Shown: positions 46,561 to 59,341, counted from the first letter of the whole stretch. The stretch is DNA of 63,580 nucleotides, filler included, from Craspedostauros australis (GCA_030167865.1; 8 parts of 8 records of this genome joined end to end with filler, not necessarily neighbours in it); one strand, 5' to 3'. Made by a program: numbers and translations. Notes: generated by a model not told the origin, from the letters alone.

Positions 46561-47309
46561 CTCTCGTCTGATTCTGACTGTTCTGAACTATTCCCTCTCG
46601 TACATTCCTTGTTGCTGTAGTCAGACGAGTCTTTTGGTTCCATTTAGTCAAGTCACGATTTCACTCTTTAAAAACGAACAGAATGTAATTTCCCCACACG
46701 TCCCACGGGGGTTCAATGCGAGACTGAGTAAAAGTGCAATTTTGTCACAGGTCGAAAAACGCGAAGAACCGGATAGTGTTTTTCCGTGGACGTGCGCGAA
46801 CGGGCTAATTGAGCTATTGTTTTATCGAGGTTGTGTCATGTGTTCGGCCACAAGGATTAAATGCGAGAGGCGGGATTGGTCGGTCATTTGCGTTCTATTA
46901 GTCCCAATGCGTTGTCGCAATCCGATTCCTCGAGAGCGGAGCGTGTTGCGCACAAACCAGGGACAACAAAAGCGCGAAACATCACACGAGTTGTCACCGT
47001 TGTGGACAAGGGTTCGGACGCAAGCGCTGCGTGCCTGAAGCCGTCATCGTTGACAACCAAGTCAACGTCGACCACCAACCGTCAACCACACAACAGAGAA
47101 ACAGCAATCCGAGGGGAACACAACAAAGTCGAAAGGCAGCATAGAATAGCACAGAACAACAGCATCCATCCAGCTGACAACCAGTCACTATACTACGATC
47201 TATTATACCTTCATTATATTCTATGACAGTGTACACATCATACACATCATAGTAGTACACATCATAGAGTATAGTCCATCACAATAGCAGAAGCAGCAGC
47301 AGAAGCAGC

Positions 47310-49467
47310 ATGTCACAGGGACACGATGCCTACGGGGCTTGCCTGGTCAGGTTGGGAATCGACGACCCCACGTCGCAGGACGACAGCATGGCCGAAGCGT
47401 TGCTGAAGTGCGTGACAGCCAGCATCACGCAGCATCACAACGAGACGCAGGCGAAGGTGCAGGAGCACCATGACTTCGCGCGCGACCTCTACATGATCCT
47501 GGCAGCGGCCCTCGTCTTCTTCATGCAGGCGGGCTTCGCCATGGTCTGCGCAGGCTCCGTCAGACGCAAGAACCTGCAGAACACCATGCTCAAGAACCTA
47601 CTTGACGCCTGCTGGGCATCCGTGGGCTTCTGGAGCGTCGGGTACGCCTTTGCCTTCGGCGATCGCGCCGCGTCGCACAATGCCTTCCTCGGCACGGACA
47701 ACTTCTTCCTCATGAACGTCGACGACTACGCCTTCTGGCTGTTCCAGTACACTTTCTCGGCGGCCGCGGCCACGATCGTCGCGGGCACGCTGGCGGAGCG
47801 ATGCAAGATGGTGGCCTACATTGCCTACTCCGTCGTCGTGTCGGGATTCGTCTATCCCATCGTCGTGCATGCCGTGTGGAGCGACTTTGGCTTTCTCAGC
47901 GTCAACAACAACGCCAACCGTCTCTTCGATCTGCCCGTGGGCGTCGTCGACTTTGCAGGGTGCGGCGTTGTGCACATCACGGGTGGTGCGGTGGCGCTTG
48001 TGGCGACCAACGTGCTGGGGCCGCGGCGGGGGCGATTCAACGATGAATTGACGGGGGAGCCGCTTCAGAATCCAATGAAGATTCCGGGGCATTCCGTCAG
48101 TCTGCAGGTGAGTGCGCGACGGAAGCAGTGTGAGAGTATTGGCTCTCTTCTTTCTCTTCCACGCGTCCGCGAGTGCTCGTATGTGCTTGTGCGTGCTTTC
48201 ATCCGTGAGTTCTCCTCGTCTTGCTGTTACATAATAACCACTGAACTCACACGCCCGTTCGTTGAACATGCATTGGCGCAAACAGATGGTGGGAACGCTG
48301 ATACTGTGGTTCTGCTGGTACGGCTTCAACTCCGGTTCGGCGCTGCTGCTCGCAGACTCGCAGTACCAATCCATCATCGCGGCGGTTGCCGCTGTCAACA
48401 CAACGCTGTCGGCAGGATCCGCGGGCATCGTCGCGCTCATGACGAACATGATCGTGATGGACCTGAAGCACGGTAAGGCGCTGTACGATCTGGATCCCGC
48501 CTTGAACGGCGCCTTGAGCGGGTTGGTGGCCATCACTGGCGCGTGCGGAGTGGTGCAGCCGTGGGCCGCGGTCGTCATCGGCACCATCGCCGGTTGGATT
48601 TATCTGCTGGGATCGTGGATGTTGCCGCACCTGCGGATCGACGACGCCGTCAACGGCATCCCCATCCACATGATGAACGGGATGTGGGGACTCATTGCCG
48701 TTGGTCTCTTCGCCGATACGCAACGCATCGAGCAGGCCTTCGGCGACAACATCCTCATCGACGGCAAGCCACCGTCAGGTTTGATCATCTCCATGATCGA
48801 AGGCCAATCCAACCTCGATGCACGCCTGCTGCAGTCTCAGCTCGTGGCCACCATCTTCATCCTCCTGTGGTCGTGCGGCATCATGTATCCCTTCTTCGTG
48901 CTGCTGTCGCGTCAGGGACTGTTCCGAAGCGCGGCCAACGAGGAGGTGATGGGGCTCGATCGGTCGTTCCATGGCGGCAGGAACAACGACACGCTGACCA
49001 TTCAGCAGATCACGATCTACAAGAGTCTGCTGGAAACGACGATCAAGAAGAAGAAGCGACAGAAACGATTGCGCCGCACCAGCTCCGCGGCATCCACGAC
49101 GACACCCTCGATCTCATCGACGGAGATGAAGCAATTGCAGAACCAGGCGCGGCAGATAGCGTTGGGCGAGCAGGAAACGTCGTCGGATGAGATGCGGAGG
49201 ATAGGAGGCAGTCGCATGGCGAAATTCATGGATGCGAAGCTGCAGGGCGATGACGCCGACGGATCGTTGCAAGACGAGGTCGGCAAGGAAGACATAATGC
49301 TGACCAACCACGGCAGCATCAACACGATCAACGAAGAAGAGGAAGGCGATGACGGCGCCGTTTCCGATATTGGATCTTCGGATGGCTCGCTGAGTCTCGG
49401 CGGATTCAAACGCATCGACATGACCGGCGATATGCTGGAACGCAGGTCGACGCATTCCATGGATTGA
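47310..49467 (+). CDS. AMT1: Ammonium transporter AMT1-type; exons 47310..48107 and 48286..49467
   Basis: FFMQAGFAM, IVAGTLAER, DFAGCGVVH, GPRRGRF, LWFCWYGFNSGS, NGALSGLVAIT and IDDAVNGIPIH. GT-AG intron at SLQ|MVG. Confidence 0.95.
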
Positions 49468-50754
49468 AGAGAGTATCTGCAATGCCATACCATGCACTTG
49501 CGAGAATCGTTGATGACGACGGCTACGACGACGACCAAGCCATCACTGTATTCCAGGCCGAGCACTGATGCTCCGTGAAAAGGGACATCAGCCTCTCGAG
49601 AAAAAGAAGATGCCCCAGTCGAAGACGAACGAAGGTGCTTCGCGCCGGAGGAAAGGGAAACTACACGAGGAGAAAGGTCAAGCTACGAGTACGACCCAAT
49701 TCATTCATGCATGCATACTGCTACATCATAGTGTAACAATACTCAAACACAAATAGAATCAATACGAATACAGCTACAGATGCGCCGTCACGAGTGTTAT
49801 ACGGGCTATGCAAGTAACTATAATACGTTCTGTCTCCACTTTTGATAGAATAGGAATCAATAGTGGCATGGGTGTCAAAGGATTCGGGTCGATGCGTCTC
49901 CTGAATCCGTGGGTCTCCCCTCCGACCAACATCTCTGCGATTGGACGCCTCCACGAACCTGCTTGCGCGAGCTATCATTCCCATGGACGAAGATGTTGGT
50001 GCCACATGCATAATACGTGCGTGTACCTGTAGTTGCACGACGATCGCGATCTCTTCGGACACGGTGAGTATGCATGGTGGACGTCCACGAGAACATCGCG
50101 AGGAGGGAGAGAGCCGCGACGGAATCGCCATGTTGCCTGGAATGGGACGCAACACGAAACCTCCTTGAACCAAATCGACGACCTCTCGCGCACAGAAAGT
50201 TCAAAAGACGGAGAATCGTTAGTCCTGACAGTTACTCTCGATGATAATTCTGTGGTCTTTGCTTGGTTATGACTGGAACGCCATGGAGTCATCAATGCGA
50301 GTTGCATAAAAAGCACTGGCGACATGTGCCCGGTTACTTTTGTCACGTCAAAAGGTCGATGTGATGGCGGGAGCCAGCGTGGTAGCGCTAACAAAACGGA
50401 GACACCATGCGAGTGCAGTCGTAGGCGTGTGTTGTGGAAACCACCACAAAGGCAGAAACGGAACTCTGTTGACGCGCGGTGCCGGAAGAAGAACAGGACC
50501 TGGACACCTCCTGAGGAACGACTCCAGCAACCAAACAACGACGAGAACCACAACAAAAACTGTACTCAACTCAACTGGACCCAGCTCAACTCAACTGCAC
50601 TCAACCCAACAAGAGTACAGCAAAGACCACAGGTTTGGCAACAGTCCTCTCTTGATAATCCAGAAGCAGATCATCAGCAACAACAACTGACCAACAGCAA
50701 CTGACCCACAGCAACGAGCAAACAAAGATACGTTGAGCAGCGTAGAGAAGAGTT

Positions 50755-50818
50755 GAGCAGACTTTAACAGAGCAGACTTTAACAGAGTAGACTTTCGCAG
50801 AGCAGAACAGAGCAGACA
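50755..50818 (+). repeat. Short tandem repeat (~15-bp GAGCAGACTTTAACA, degenerate) just upstream of the second AMT start codon
   Basis: Read directly from the sequence. Confidence 0.7.
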
Positions 50819-50820
50819 CC

Positions 50821-52802
50821 ATGTCGTCTCCTGACATCTACGGCGAATGCAGCCAGAACACTGGAGGATCGTCCGATCTGCTGCTGCAATGCGTCGCCAA
50901 CCGGCTATCGCAGGAGTACCAGGCCACGTCGCAAGCCGTCGACGCCAACATCCAGCACACGCGCAATCTCTACATCATCATGTCGTCCGCCCTCGTCTTC
51001 TTCATGCAGGCGGGCTTCGCCATGGTCTGCGCAGGCTCCGTCAGACGCAAGAACCTGCAGAACACCATGCTCAAGAACCTGCTCGATGCCTGCGGCGCCT
51101 CCGTGGCATTCTGGAGCATCGGATACGCCTTCGCCTTTGGCGACAATGCCAACGCGGTGATCGGGCGAGGCAACTTCTTTCTGCACAACTTGGACGGGGA
51201 TCAGTTCACGTTCTGGGTCTTCCAGTACGCCTTCTCGGCAGCCGCTGCCACCATCGTGGCGGGGACGTTGGCGGAGCGGTGTCAGATGAATGCCTACTTC
51301 TACTACTCCATCTTTCTGTCGGGTTGGGTCTACCCCGTCGTCGTGCACGTCATTTGGAGCGAGGATGGGTTCCTCAGTCCCTTCGTCAACAAGCCGCTGT
51401 GGGGCATCGGCGTCATAGACGTGGCCGGCAGCGGGGTCGTGCATCTCACGGGTGGATTCAGCGCCTTCATCGCGGCGTGGGTGCTGGGTCCCAGGCGTGG
51501 CCGGTTCCATGACGAAGTCACGGGGGAGATTCTCGAGGTCCCGCGCAAGATTACGGGGCATTCCATCAGTTTACAGGTACGTCGAGTTGAGTTGTGTTGA
51601 GTTGTGTTGTGTATTGGGAAGGGAAGTGAAGGCAAAGGCTTTGCCTTGTGTTGGCGTAGCTCTGATCTCTCCAGAGAGTAGTGTGGGGAGTTGGTTGGCC
51701 GTGCCAAAGATCTTGATCCGTACCAGTACTCGTCTCCCTGTTGCCCGCATTCCACACATACACGCGCGCGCACACACATCCTCTCTCTCTCACACACACT
51801 CATCACCACCATACTCTCCCCTTCTTTCGTCTTCAGATGGTCGGCACGCTCATTCTGTGGTTCTGCTGGTACGGCTTCAATTCGGGGTCCGTGCTGCTGC
51901 TGGGATCGGACTTCGAGGCGATGATCGCGGCGCTGGCAGCGACCAACACGACCCTGGCTGCTGGTGCGGCAGGCATCACCGCCCTCATCGTCAACATGAT
52001 CGCGCAGGACATCATCGAAGGCCAGGCGCACTACGATCTCGATCCTGCCATGAACGGCGTCCTCAGCGGCCTGGTCTCCATCACGGCAGGATGCGGTGTC
52101 GTCGAACCTTGGGCGGCCGTCCTCATCAGCATGATCGGCGGCATATTGTACCTGGCCGGTTCCGCCTTGCTCGTTCGCTGGCGCATCGATGACGTCGTCA
52201 ACGCCGTCCCCGGCCACATGTTCTGCGATGCGTGAGGCCTCATCAGCGTCGGTCTCTTTGCATCGCCCACGCGCATGCAGCAGGCGTACGGCGTCTCGGA
52301 CCATGCTGGTCTGTTCCACGGCATCTTCAACGACGCCGATACAAAACTGTTCCACCTGCTCGGTGCGCAGTGCGTGGGCATGGTCTTCGTCATGGGCTGG
52401 GCGCTCGTCTTCATGCTGCCGTTCTTCTGCATCCTCGCCAGCCCGGGCCTGTTCCGCAGTTCCGTCAAGGACGAGGTGCTGCGACTCGACAAGTCCTTCC
52501 ACGGTGGCATTCACCCTGGTGGCGACGGCGGCGGCTTCCTCGACGAACACCAACACACCATCTACCAAACGCTCGTGGATCAGACGCTGCAGACCGGCAG
52601 GCTCGGCACGAAGCAGCTCACGCCGCTGAAGATGCAGGAATTCCGCGACCGTGCCAAGGACATGCTGGGCGGTGAGCGCATCGCGCGGGGGCAGGCTGCG
52701 ACCTTGACGGACGACGAAGATCCCAGCAATTCCACGAACGGTCCCCAGGCGAGGAATGAGAGACGGAGCGACGGTGACGAAGGATACATGCACCAGCAGT
52801 GA
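50821..52802 (+). pseudogene. AMT1: Second tandem AMT1-type paralog with an in-frame TGA at 52233..52235; exons 50821..51576 and 51837..52802
   Basis: Same motifs and same intron position as the upstream AMT. TGA replaces the Trp of HMMNGMWG, and the frame continues open and homologous to 52802. Confidence 0.8.
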
Positions 52803-53044
52803 GCCAGAAATGCTGCTGCTGTTGCTGGTTTTGCCATCTTTGTTCGGAGAAACAAGTGCTGCCCATGCCTGCCAATATTCGGTGGGATGCGGCACGTTGC
52901 GATATCAGTACATACATACAAACAATGTTGTGTGGCATGGCTCTGGAGTGATACACAATGTCCGTCGTAGTCGTAGCAGCAGAAGTTGGAAGTCTCCTAC
53001 TTCCATCGGACGACCAATTCCTTTTCACTTTTGATCGGTACCAA

Positions 53045-53232
53045 TACAGTATCCAGCACATAGACTACGCGGGAAAAGGCAAGTCCTACATTGAACAGAC
53101 CGAGACCAACACGGATTTCGCGAATGAGATGTCCACTCTGTGGCAACAATCGGGATTGCACGGCAAGGCGTTGTCATCACACGACATGGACATCCTCCTG
53201 TGGCAAAAGCTTGCCGCCAACTGCGTCATCAA
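53045..53232 (+). pseudogene. Ketopantoate reductase (PanE/ApbA) internal fragment
   Basis: DILLWQKLAANCVI(N) matches the WxKLxxNxxxN motif. There is no room for the N-terminal domain after the AMT stop, and the 3' end is cut by the gap. Confidence 0.6.
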
Positions 53233-53641
53233 NNNNNNNNNNNNNNNNNNNNNNNNNNNNNNNNNNNNNNNNNNNNTTAATTAATTAANNNNNNNNNNNN
53301 NNNNNNNNNNNNNNNNNNNNNNNNNNNNNNNNACAGAGGCCTTTGAAGGCTGTATTCTCACATCATCACCCAACCCAAATCCAGACTTCTGCCGCCACGA
53401 TCTGTGTGCATTTCGAGATGTCAGTAATGTGAGAGTGAGCAACTCCAGCGAGATCTTGTTGATGGCCTCCCACCAATCATTGTGTGTCATCCTCGTACGG
53501 CCAGATCTTGTGCACCATGCTCATACATTCTCGCAGCTCTCCCATCCACCCATCCTGAGACACCACCTGCCATCTATCGTTGCATTCAATCTTCTGCCGC
53601 CAGTATCGAAGTCCAACCAACCAACCAACCCATGCCAACAG

Positions 53642-54977
53642 ATGATCGCTGCCATGAAGGACGTCAATGAACCAAAACACTCAGACGAAGCCAAAACCGC
53701 GGAGCCAGAGCGAGGTATCTCCAAGGATGGCGAGAAACCAGAACCCAAATTGAAGGTCACCCTCCTGTCTGGCTTCTTGGGATCTGGCAAGACCACCCTC
53801 TTGTCACACATCCTGGCCAACTACGAAGGTTTCACCGTGGCTGTCCTCGTCAATGACATGGGCACCATCAACATCGATGCAGCTTTGCTGAAAAAGACGA
53901 GCATCGTCCAACGAGAAGAACACATGGTGGAAATGTCAAATGGTTGCATCTGCTGTACCCTGCGAGAAGACTTGTTGACCGAAGTCTCTGCCATCGCAGC
54001 CAAGGGCACCTTCGACTACCTCCTGATCGAATCGAGCGGTATTTCCGAGCCCATGCCTGTCGCCGAAACCTTCACCTTCAAAGACTCGACCGGTGTGACC
54101 TTGGGCGACGTGGCGAGTCTTGATACCCTGGTCACAGTCGTGGATGGCTCCCGCTTCTTCTCCGAACTGGACAGCCTGGAGTCTCTGCAGGAACGCGAGT
54201 GGCAGTCTGATCCGGATGATGCCCGCACTATCTCGCATTTGCTGTGCGATCAAGTTGAATTTGCCAATGTCCTCGTCCTCAACAAATGTGATTTGCTTAG
54301 AGACGATGAACGGAACTACGTCCGTCGCTTGATCAGCACGATGAACCCCAATGCCAAGGTTGTGGAATCATCTTTTTCCAAGGTGCCCCTGAAATTCCTT
54401 TTGGGAACTGGCTTGTTTTCCATGACGAAAGCCGAGCAACACAAAGGGTGGCTCGAAGAGGCACGCGTCGGCGAGCACACTCCCGAGACAGAAGAGTACG
54501 GCATCAGCAGCTTGACCTTTCAGTCCAGCAAGCCCTTCCATCCTGCCAAGCTGGGAAAATTATTCCAAGTCATCTTGGACAGCGACGAACCTCCGTTTGA
54601 CAAGTCTATTGTCTTGCGAGCCAAGGGATTCTGTTGGTTGGTAAACCGTGCCGAATATCGCTCAATTTTCTCTCTGGCTGGCAATCAGTACGCGGTCACT
54701 CTTGGCGATCCATGGTGGGCGGCAATAGACGAGGATGATTGGCCCGACGGCGTGGACGATGCCGTCGACCCCTATTGGATTGACCCCTATGGTGATCGAA
54801 GACAAGAGCTTGTCATCATTGGACACTTGAAAGACAAGGAAACCGTTATGGCTGCCTTTAACGCATGCTTGCTCACTGACGAGGAATTCGAGATGGGCCC
54901 GGAACATTGGGCAACGCTCGTTACTCCTGAAACTGATCCCTTCCATGTGGTGCTGGGTGACCCGGCTGAAGCTGAAG
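53642..54977 (+). CDS. COG0523/CobW-family (ZNG1/YciC-like) metal-chaperone GTPase; C-terminus runs into the gap
   Basis: LSGFLGSGKTT, VNDMG, EMSNGCICCTLR, IESSG, NKCD, EEYGISS, LRAKGFCW and YGDRRQELVIIG. Confidence 0.93.
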
Positions 54978-55078
54978 NNNNNNNNNNNNNNNNNNNNNNN
55001 NNNNNNNNNNNNNNNNNNNNNTTAATTAATTAANNNNNNNNNNNNNNNNNNNNNNNNNNNNNNNNNNNNNNNNNNNNA

Positions 55079-58000
55079 GTTTGCACCGTAATCCCGTTTA
55101 AACCGTTTCATACATATTGCTGCTTGGTCCCCTCGATTCGCTGTGGCTTTGCTGACTGTCGGATTGTCACAATTTCGCTTCTTTTGGTATGTACCTGCTG
55201 CATGCCCCATGCATGGGCACCACAGGGCGCTCATCCCATCCACCATTGCTTGGACCCATGGTCGACCATCCACAGGTACTGTCGTGCAGTCTGTTCGTTA
55301 AGAACAAGACTTGTTGTGCTTGGACTTCCATCTTGGCCCTGATTGTGGCTTTGTGAGCATGTTGGCGAGGTTCGATTCTGTAGGCTCATACGAGACCACC
55401 ATCACACCTGTTGCACTGCATTTTTGTACGAAGTGGTATGCGATGGCTCTTGCTTTCTTTCATAGCTGTGACTCTGGGAGTGAGGTGTTGTTCATGACGC
55501 TTTGATTGTCAACTCGCATGTCTGCCGGGCTGTCCATAGGGACGCCCATCATGCGGAGCTTATAGCGCATGCTGATGACAATCTCCATCACTACCTTGAG
55601 CACGATGAATTTACTGCCGAACGTAGACGTTTCGATGCTGTTTTGTTTCTTGTTGAGCCATAGGATGAGTGACAAGTTCAAGTACAGTAGAACCCCAGTG
55701 CGCGATCGTCGCGTCATATGGTCACCAGCATGATCCGCATCAACAAAGCAAGTCATCTGGACTTCCTTACCTCGTGGTGGTGACATGTCATTCGGTATCT
55801 GTTCGTGGACATTGGCGTAGAAATCGCCCCAATCCGGTTGTGCCACAGTAGGCTTGTCAATATATGCATCATCAAAGACAAGACGGGAGCGATCGTGAGT
55901 GTTGAGGTATGCAATTACATGAAAGAGAGCATTCAGGTGGCCAGTTTGGGATGCAGCACAGTACAATGGCATCATTGAGGTTTCACAGCATATATCAATG
56001 CAACCCAGTTCAACAGTCCATCGCAGGATGCCAATGAGCTGTTGGTAGAACGACATCTCCTCATTGTCACACAGTGGATTTTGAGTGATGAGAGGCAAAA
56101 CAGAGAGAGGGCAAGCATTTGTGATTCCTGATTTCGTCCATGAGGACAGTCGAGTAGCCATCGTCATCAGCACAGGCGTACATGTTCTCGGCGATTCACC
56201 AAGACAACATGTATCAGCATGTGAGTCAAGCTCTGCTCGCGGTGTATCAGACAGCAGAGAGTGACTGACAGATGTAATCCGTCGGCTCCCGCCGTGTGGC
56301 GATCAGGAACGTCCCTGTTGGTTGCGACGGGACATCATGGCACCCACACCAGCACAGTTGCCTATATCGGCGCTGCTGTTCTGATTAGGCGGGGAGCGTG
56401 GCCCAAAATGGCCATCCGTGTCCTCATGTGCGCGTTTGGAGGGACTGCCTCTGCCCATCGACATCACACCACGATGCTTGTCACGTGTATTGCGCAATTT
56501 CAAGGCGCGTGCCTATTGGATGGATGACTTGATGGCCTATTCTTCTGGTAGGTAATGGCAATCGGTGATGATCATAGTTGGGTCATGTTGTTTGGCCCTT
56601 CCTTGACCACCGCGTCCTCCTTTGTTATTGCGGTTGTTGTATCTACCGCGGCCGGCGTTGTTCCATCCCATGGACGATGCCTGACACATTGGTGTTGCTG
56701 CCTGTTTGCGGTTGATCACTTCGCTGAGAGCATTTGCGGTGGATGCAAAGCTGGAACGGATGCTTTCATTCAGCATGATGGCATCACATGCGTTGTGCAA
56801 ATGCGGCATGCAGATGCTGCACATGAGGTGACGGACCTTGGTGTTGTCCACAAGCAGTTCACCACAGTTGGTCATGTCTTCGAATGCAGAGTTCAGATGC
56901 TGCATGTATGTCTTGAACATGGAGTTGCGTGACTTGCCGTCATAGTAGGGGTTGTTGATGGTGCTGGACACTGCTGCCTTCGTTCTGACCTTGTACGAAT
57001 CACCGCGATAGTGCTCTTGGAGGGTGAGGAATGCAGCGCATCCATCTCTGGATTGCTCGCTACCCTGTACCCAGTTCCATGTGAGTCTGCTATGTTTGAC
57101 ATGATGGATGACTTGTCACATGGTGGCATTGTCCACCCTGTACTTGATACCTGTCAACATGGCCCTGTCAATGATCTTGCCATTCATCAATGGCACACCA
57201 ACCAGAGTGTGTACCGCTGGTGTTCTGTCTTCTTGCTTGTAGGGGTTCGCGCAAATGATGTAGGAAACCAGGATGTTGGTAGCCCCAAGTGTGTTTTCAT
57301 TTTAGTTGGTGATGTCCTCAAGGGTCTCGCAGACGATATCCACATGGGTGAGAGGTTCAGGAAGGTCCACGGGTGGTGAATCCTTGGTACGGACTTCTTC
57401 CTTGAAGAGGGACCACAAGCTGTTGAGGTGTTCCATGGACTCTTCGGCGGCGGAGAAGGGGCGTTGGATACGATGGAAGTGGAAGCGCACATTTCACAGC
57501 TTGCGGAGTTTCAACTCATGTACCCAGCCAATGGTGACACCTGGGTCCTTGATGTGAGTGGGTGTGGTCAAACGGGTTCCTGACATGTGTGCAGGGTTGT
57601 CGATCAAACCACTTCCTTTATGGATGCGATGACATAGCTTCTGCAGGTTGTTGTTGGTGAACATGAGCAGGTCGCCGAATGTCGTCAGTCCCTGTTTGTT
57701 GAGCGCAGTTACAAATCTTGTTGGCATTGGTCAACATGGTGGTGTTTGTTTCAATCATTGTGTATGTGTATGGGCGTGTGAGAAGAGGAAATGAGAAGGA
57801 CAGGATACACAACAGTGACAGAAACCACACTGGGACAAAACCTGTCCTGTTGTGTGTGAGGTTTCAGCATGTACATGTGTCGGTGTCTTGAGAAGCATAG
57901 ATGTGGCAACAAGGCACACAATCTAGCACTCAGCTTGAGCTTGTGTCTCAGTAGGGGTTCCGCCTGATCTGCGGTCGGTGCGTCCACGTTAGTTTGCCAT

Positions 58001-58376
58001 CCGCACCACGCAACAGCAAACAGTGGGATCTCATCTCCCTGGTACCAATCACAATGTACCAGCACACCATGGGCAGAGGGGATGCAGCATGATTCAAGCC
58101 GTGCTGGCTTCGTGGCGGTCCACCTTCGGATGGGGTCCCAGTATTATCATCGCCCCTTCAGGCGGTCCCTATGTGCTTGCTTGGGCTCGCATGAGCGTAC
58201 GAGCATGGTGATCTAAGTTGGCACACACATAAAACAATGTTGAGGGTGGCAACATCCAATGATTAAAATTATAAGGGTTAACAGGTCGTGTGGACCTGTC
58301 ATGCAATGCTCTATACTCGTATGGTTAGGCGATACCCGTGTTCGTACAGAAACCCCGTGTTAACCGTTTCACACGT
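55079..58376 (-). mobile_element. Degenerate, internally deleted Ty1/Copia (CoDi-like) retrotransposon: gag-like ~57727..56537, protease ~56240..56190, RT end/RNase H ~56060..55300
   Basis: RAELDSHADTC protease motif, YQQLIGILRW...FVDADHAGD...RRSRTG...KKQNSIETSTFGS and AIAYHFV...NLANMLTK. Stops and frameshifts are present; element boundaries are approximate. Confidence 0.85.
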
Positions 58377-58802
58377 ATCCNNNNNNNNNNNNNNNNNNNN
58401 NNNNNNNNNNNNNNNNNNNNNNNNTTAATTAATTAANNNNNNNNNNNNNNNNNNNNNNNNNNNNNNNNNNNNNNNNNNNNATACTCGTCCTCCATGGCAT
58501 AGTGCGAGCAGGTGACTCCACCGATGTTCAAAGAGCTCTGATCTCCAGAGCGCGCTGTTGCGTCAATCGAACAAGGTGACGGCTCATGAGACGATGCTCC
58601 TCTTCTCGTTGTTGCTCTTGCCGCCAGAGAGTGCCGCCATTGACGATGGGTCTGATGGAGAGGTGGACCAAAAATGAATGGGGTGGAACCTGTGGTACCA
58701 TACAAATACGAACTGATCGCTCCAATGGACAAAGCGTACGTTCTGGCGGAGCGGACTACAACAGCAACATCTCCACAGGGTACGATGTCGTCGAGCAAAA
58801 GG

Positions 58803-58875
58803 TGGACATTGCCGGAATCGAACCGGCGACCTTATGCATGCTAAGCATACGCGCTGCCAACTGCGCCAAACGCCC
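58803..58875 (-). tRNA. tRNA-Ala (AGC)
   Basis: 73-nt cloverleaf GGGCGTTTGGCGCAGTTGGCAGCGCGTATGCTTAGCATGCATAAGGTCGCCGGTTCGATTCCGGCAATGTCCA, with G3:U70, GGTTCGATTCC T-arm and a downstream TTTT terminator. Confidence 0.95.
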
Positions 58876-59341
58876 CCACTTCTGTGGTTGTACTTTTGCT
58901 GGCGGCAATTTGCAAAACTGACTTTATAAATGCTACACGTGCGCCATTGACCATGTTCCCCAGTGGCCAAGGCACGAGCAGCATGGGAGGACACAAGCAA
59001 TCCACCAAAGCCCTCTTGGCGACACTTGATGACACACTGCTTTGGTGGATCATGGAAATGCGTGTTGTACAGGAACGAAGCATGAACAATGATGGGAGCA
59101 GTTCAAGGCCATCCAGAGAGCAATAGCTCGTTGACCACTCCGACCTGGTGATGAATGATGTCTCCTCGAGTGACACGAGCTAGTGTGTGCTGCTCTAGGG
59201 TATTATACGTCACAAGTGCATGTTATCAGTATGTACTGACATGCACAATTGCTCTAGTATGGTATGAGAATGATAACAGGATGAGAAGAGCATGGCAAGA
59301 GCATGGCAACGTACACAAGTACTCTGTCATATGACTACTCT

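Noticed and set aside
52233..52235. Selenocysteine or an alternative genetic code at the AMT TGA
   Set aside because: The position is Trp rather than Cys in the paralog, TGA terminates other genes in this window, and no SECIS was identified.
1..54977. Window-wide nitrogen/metal super-cluster (NIR, SOD, FRE, AMTs, COG0523)
   Set aside because: The genes lie on different contigs and at least one contig is mis-oriented, so only within-contig linkage is defensible.
23165..58436. Recurrent TTAATTAATTAA palindrome (7 copies)
   Set aside because: Always embedded in N runs; an artificial six-frame-stop scaffolding linker.
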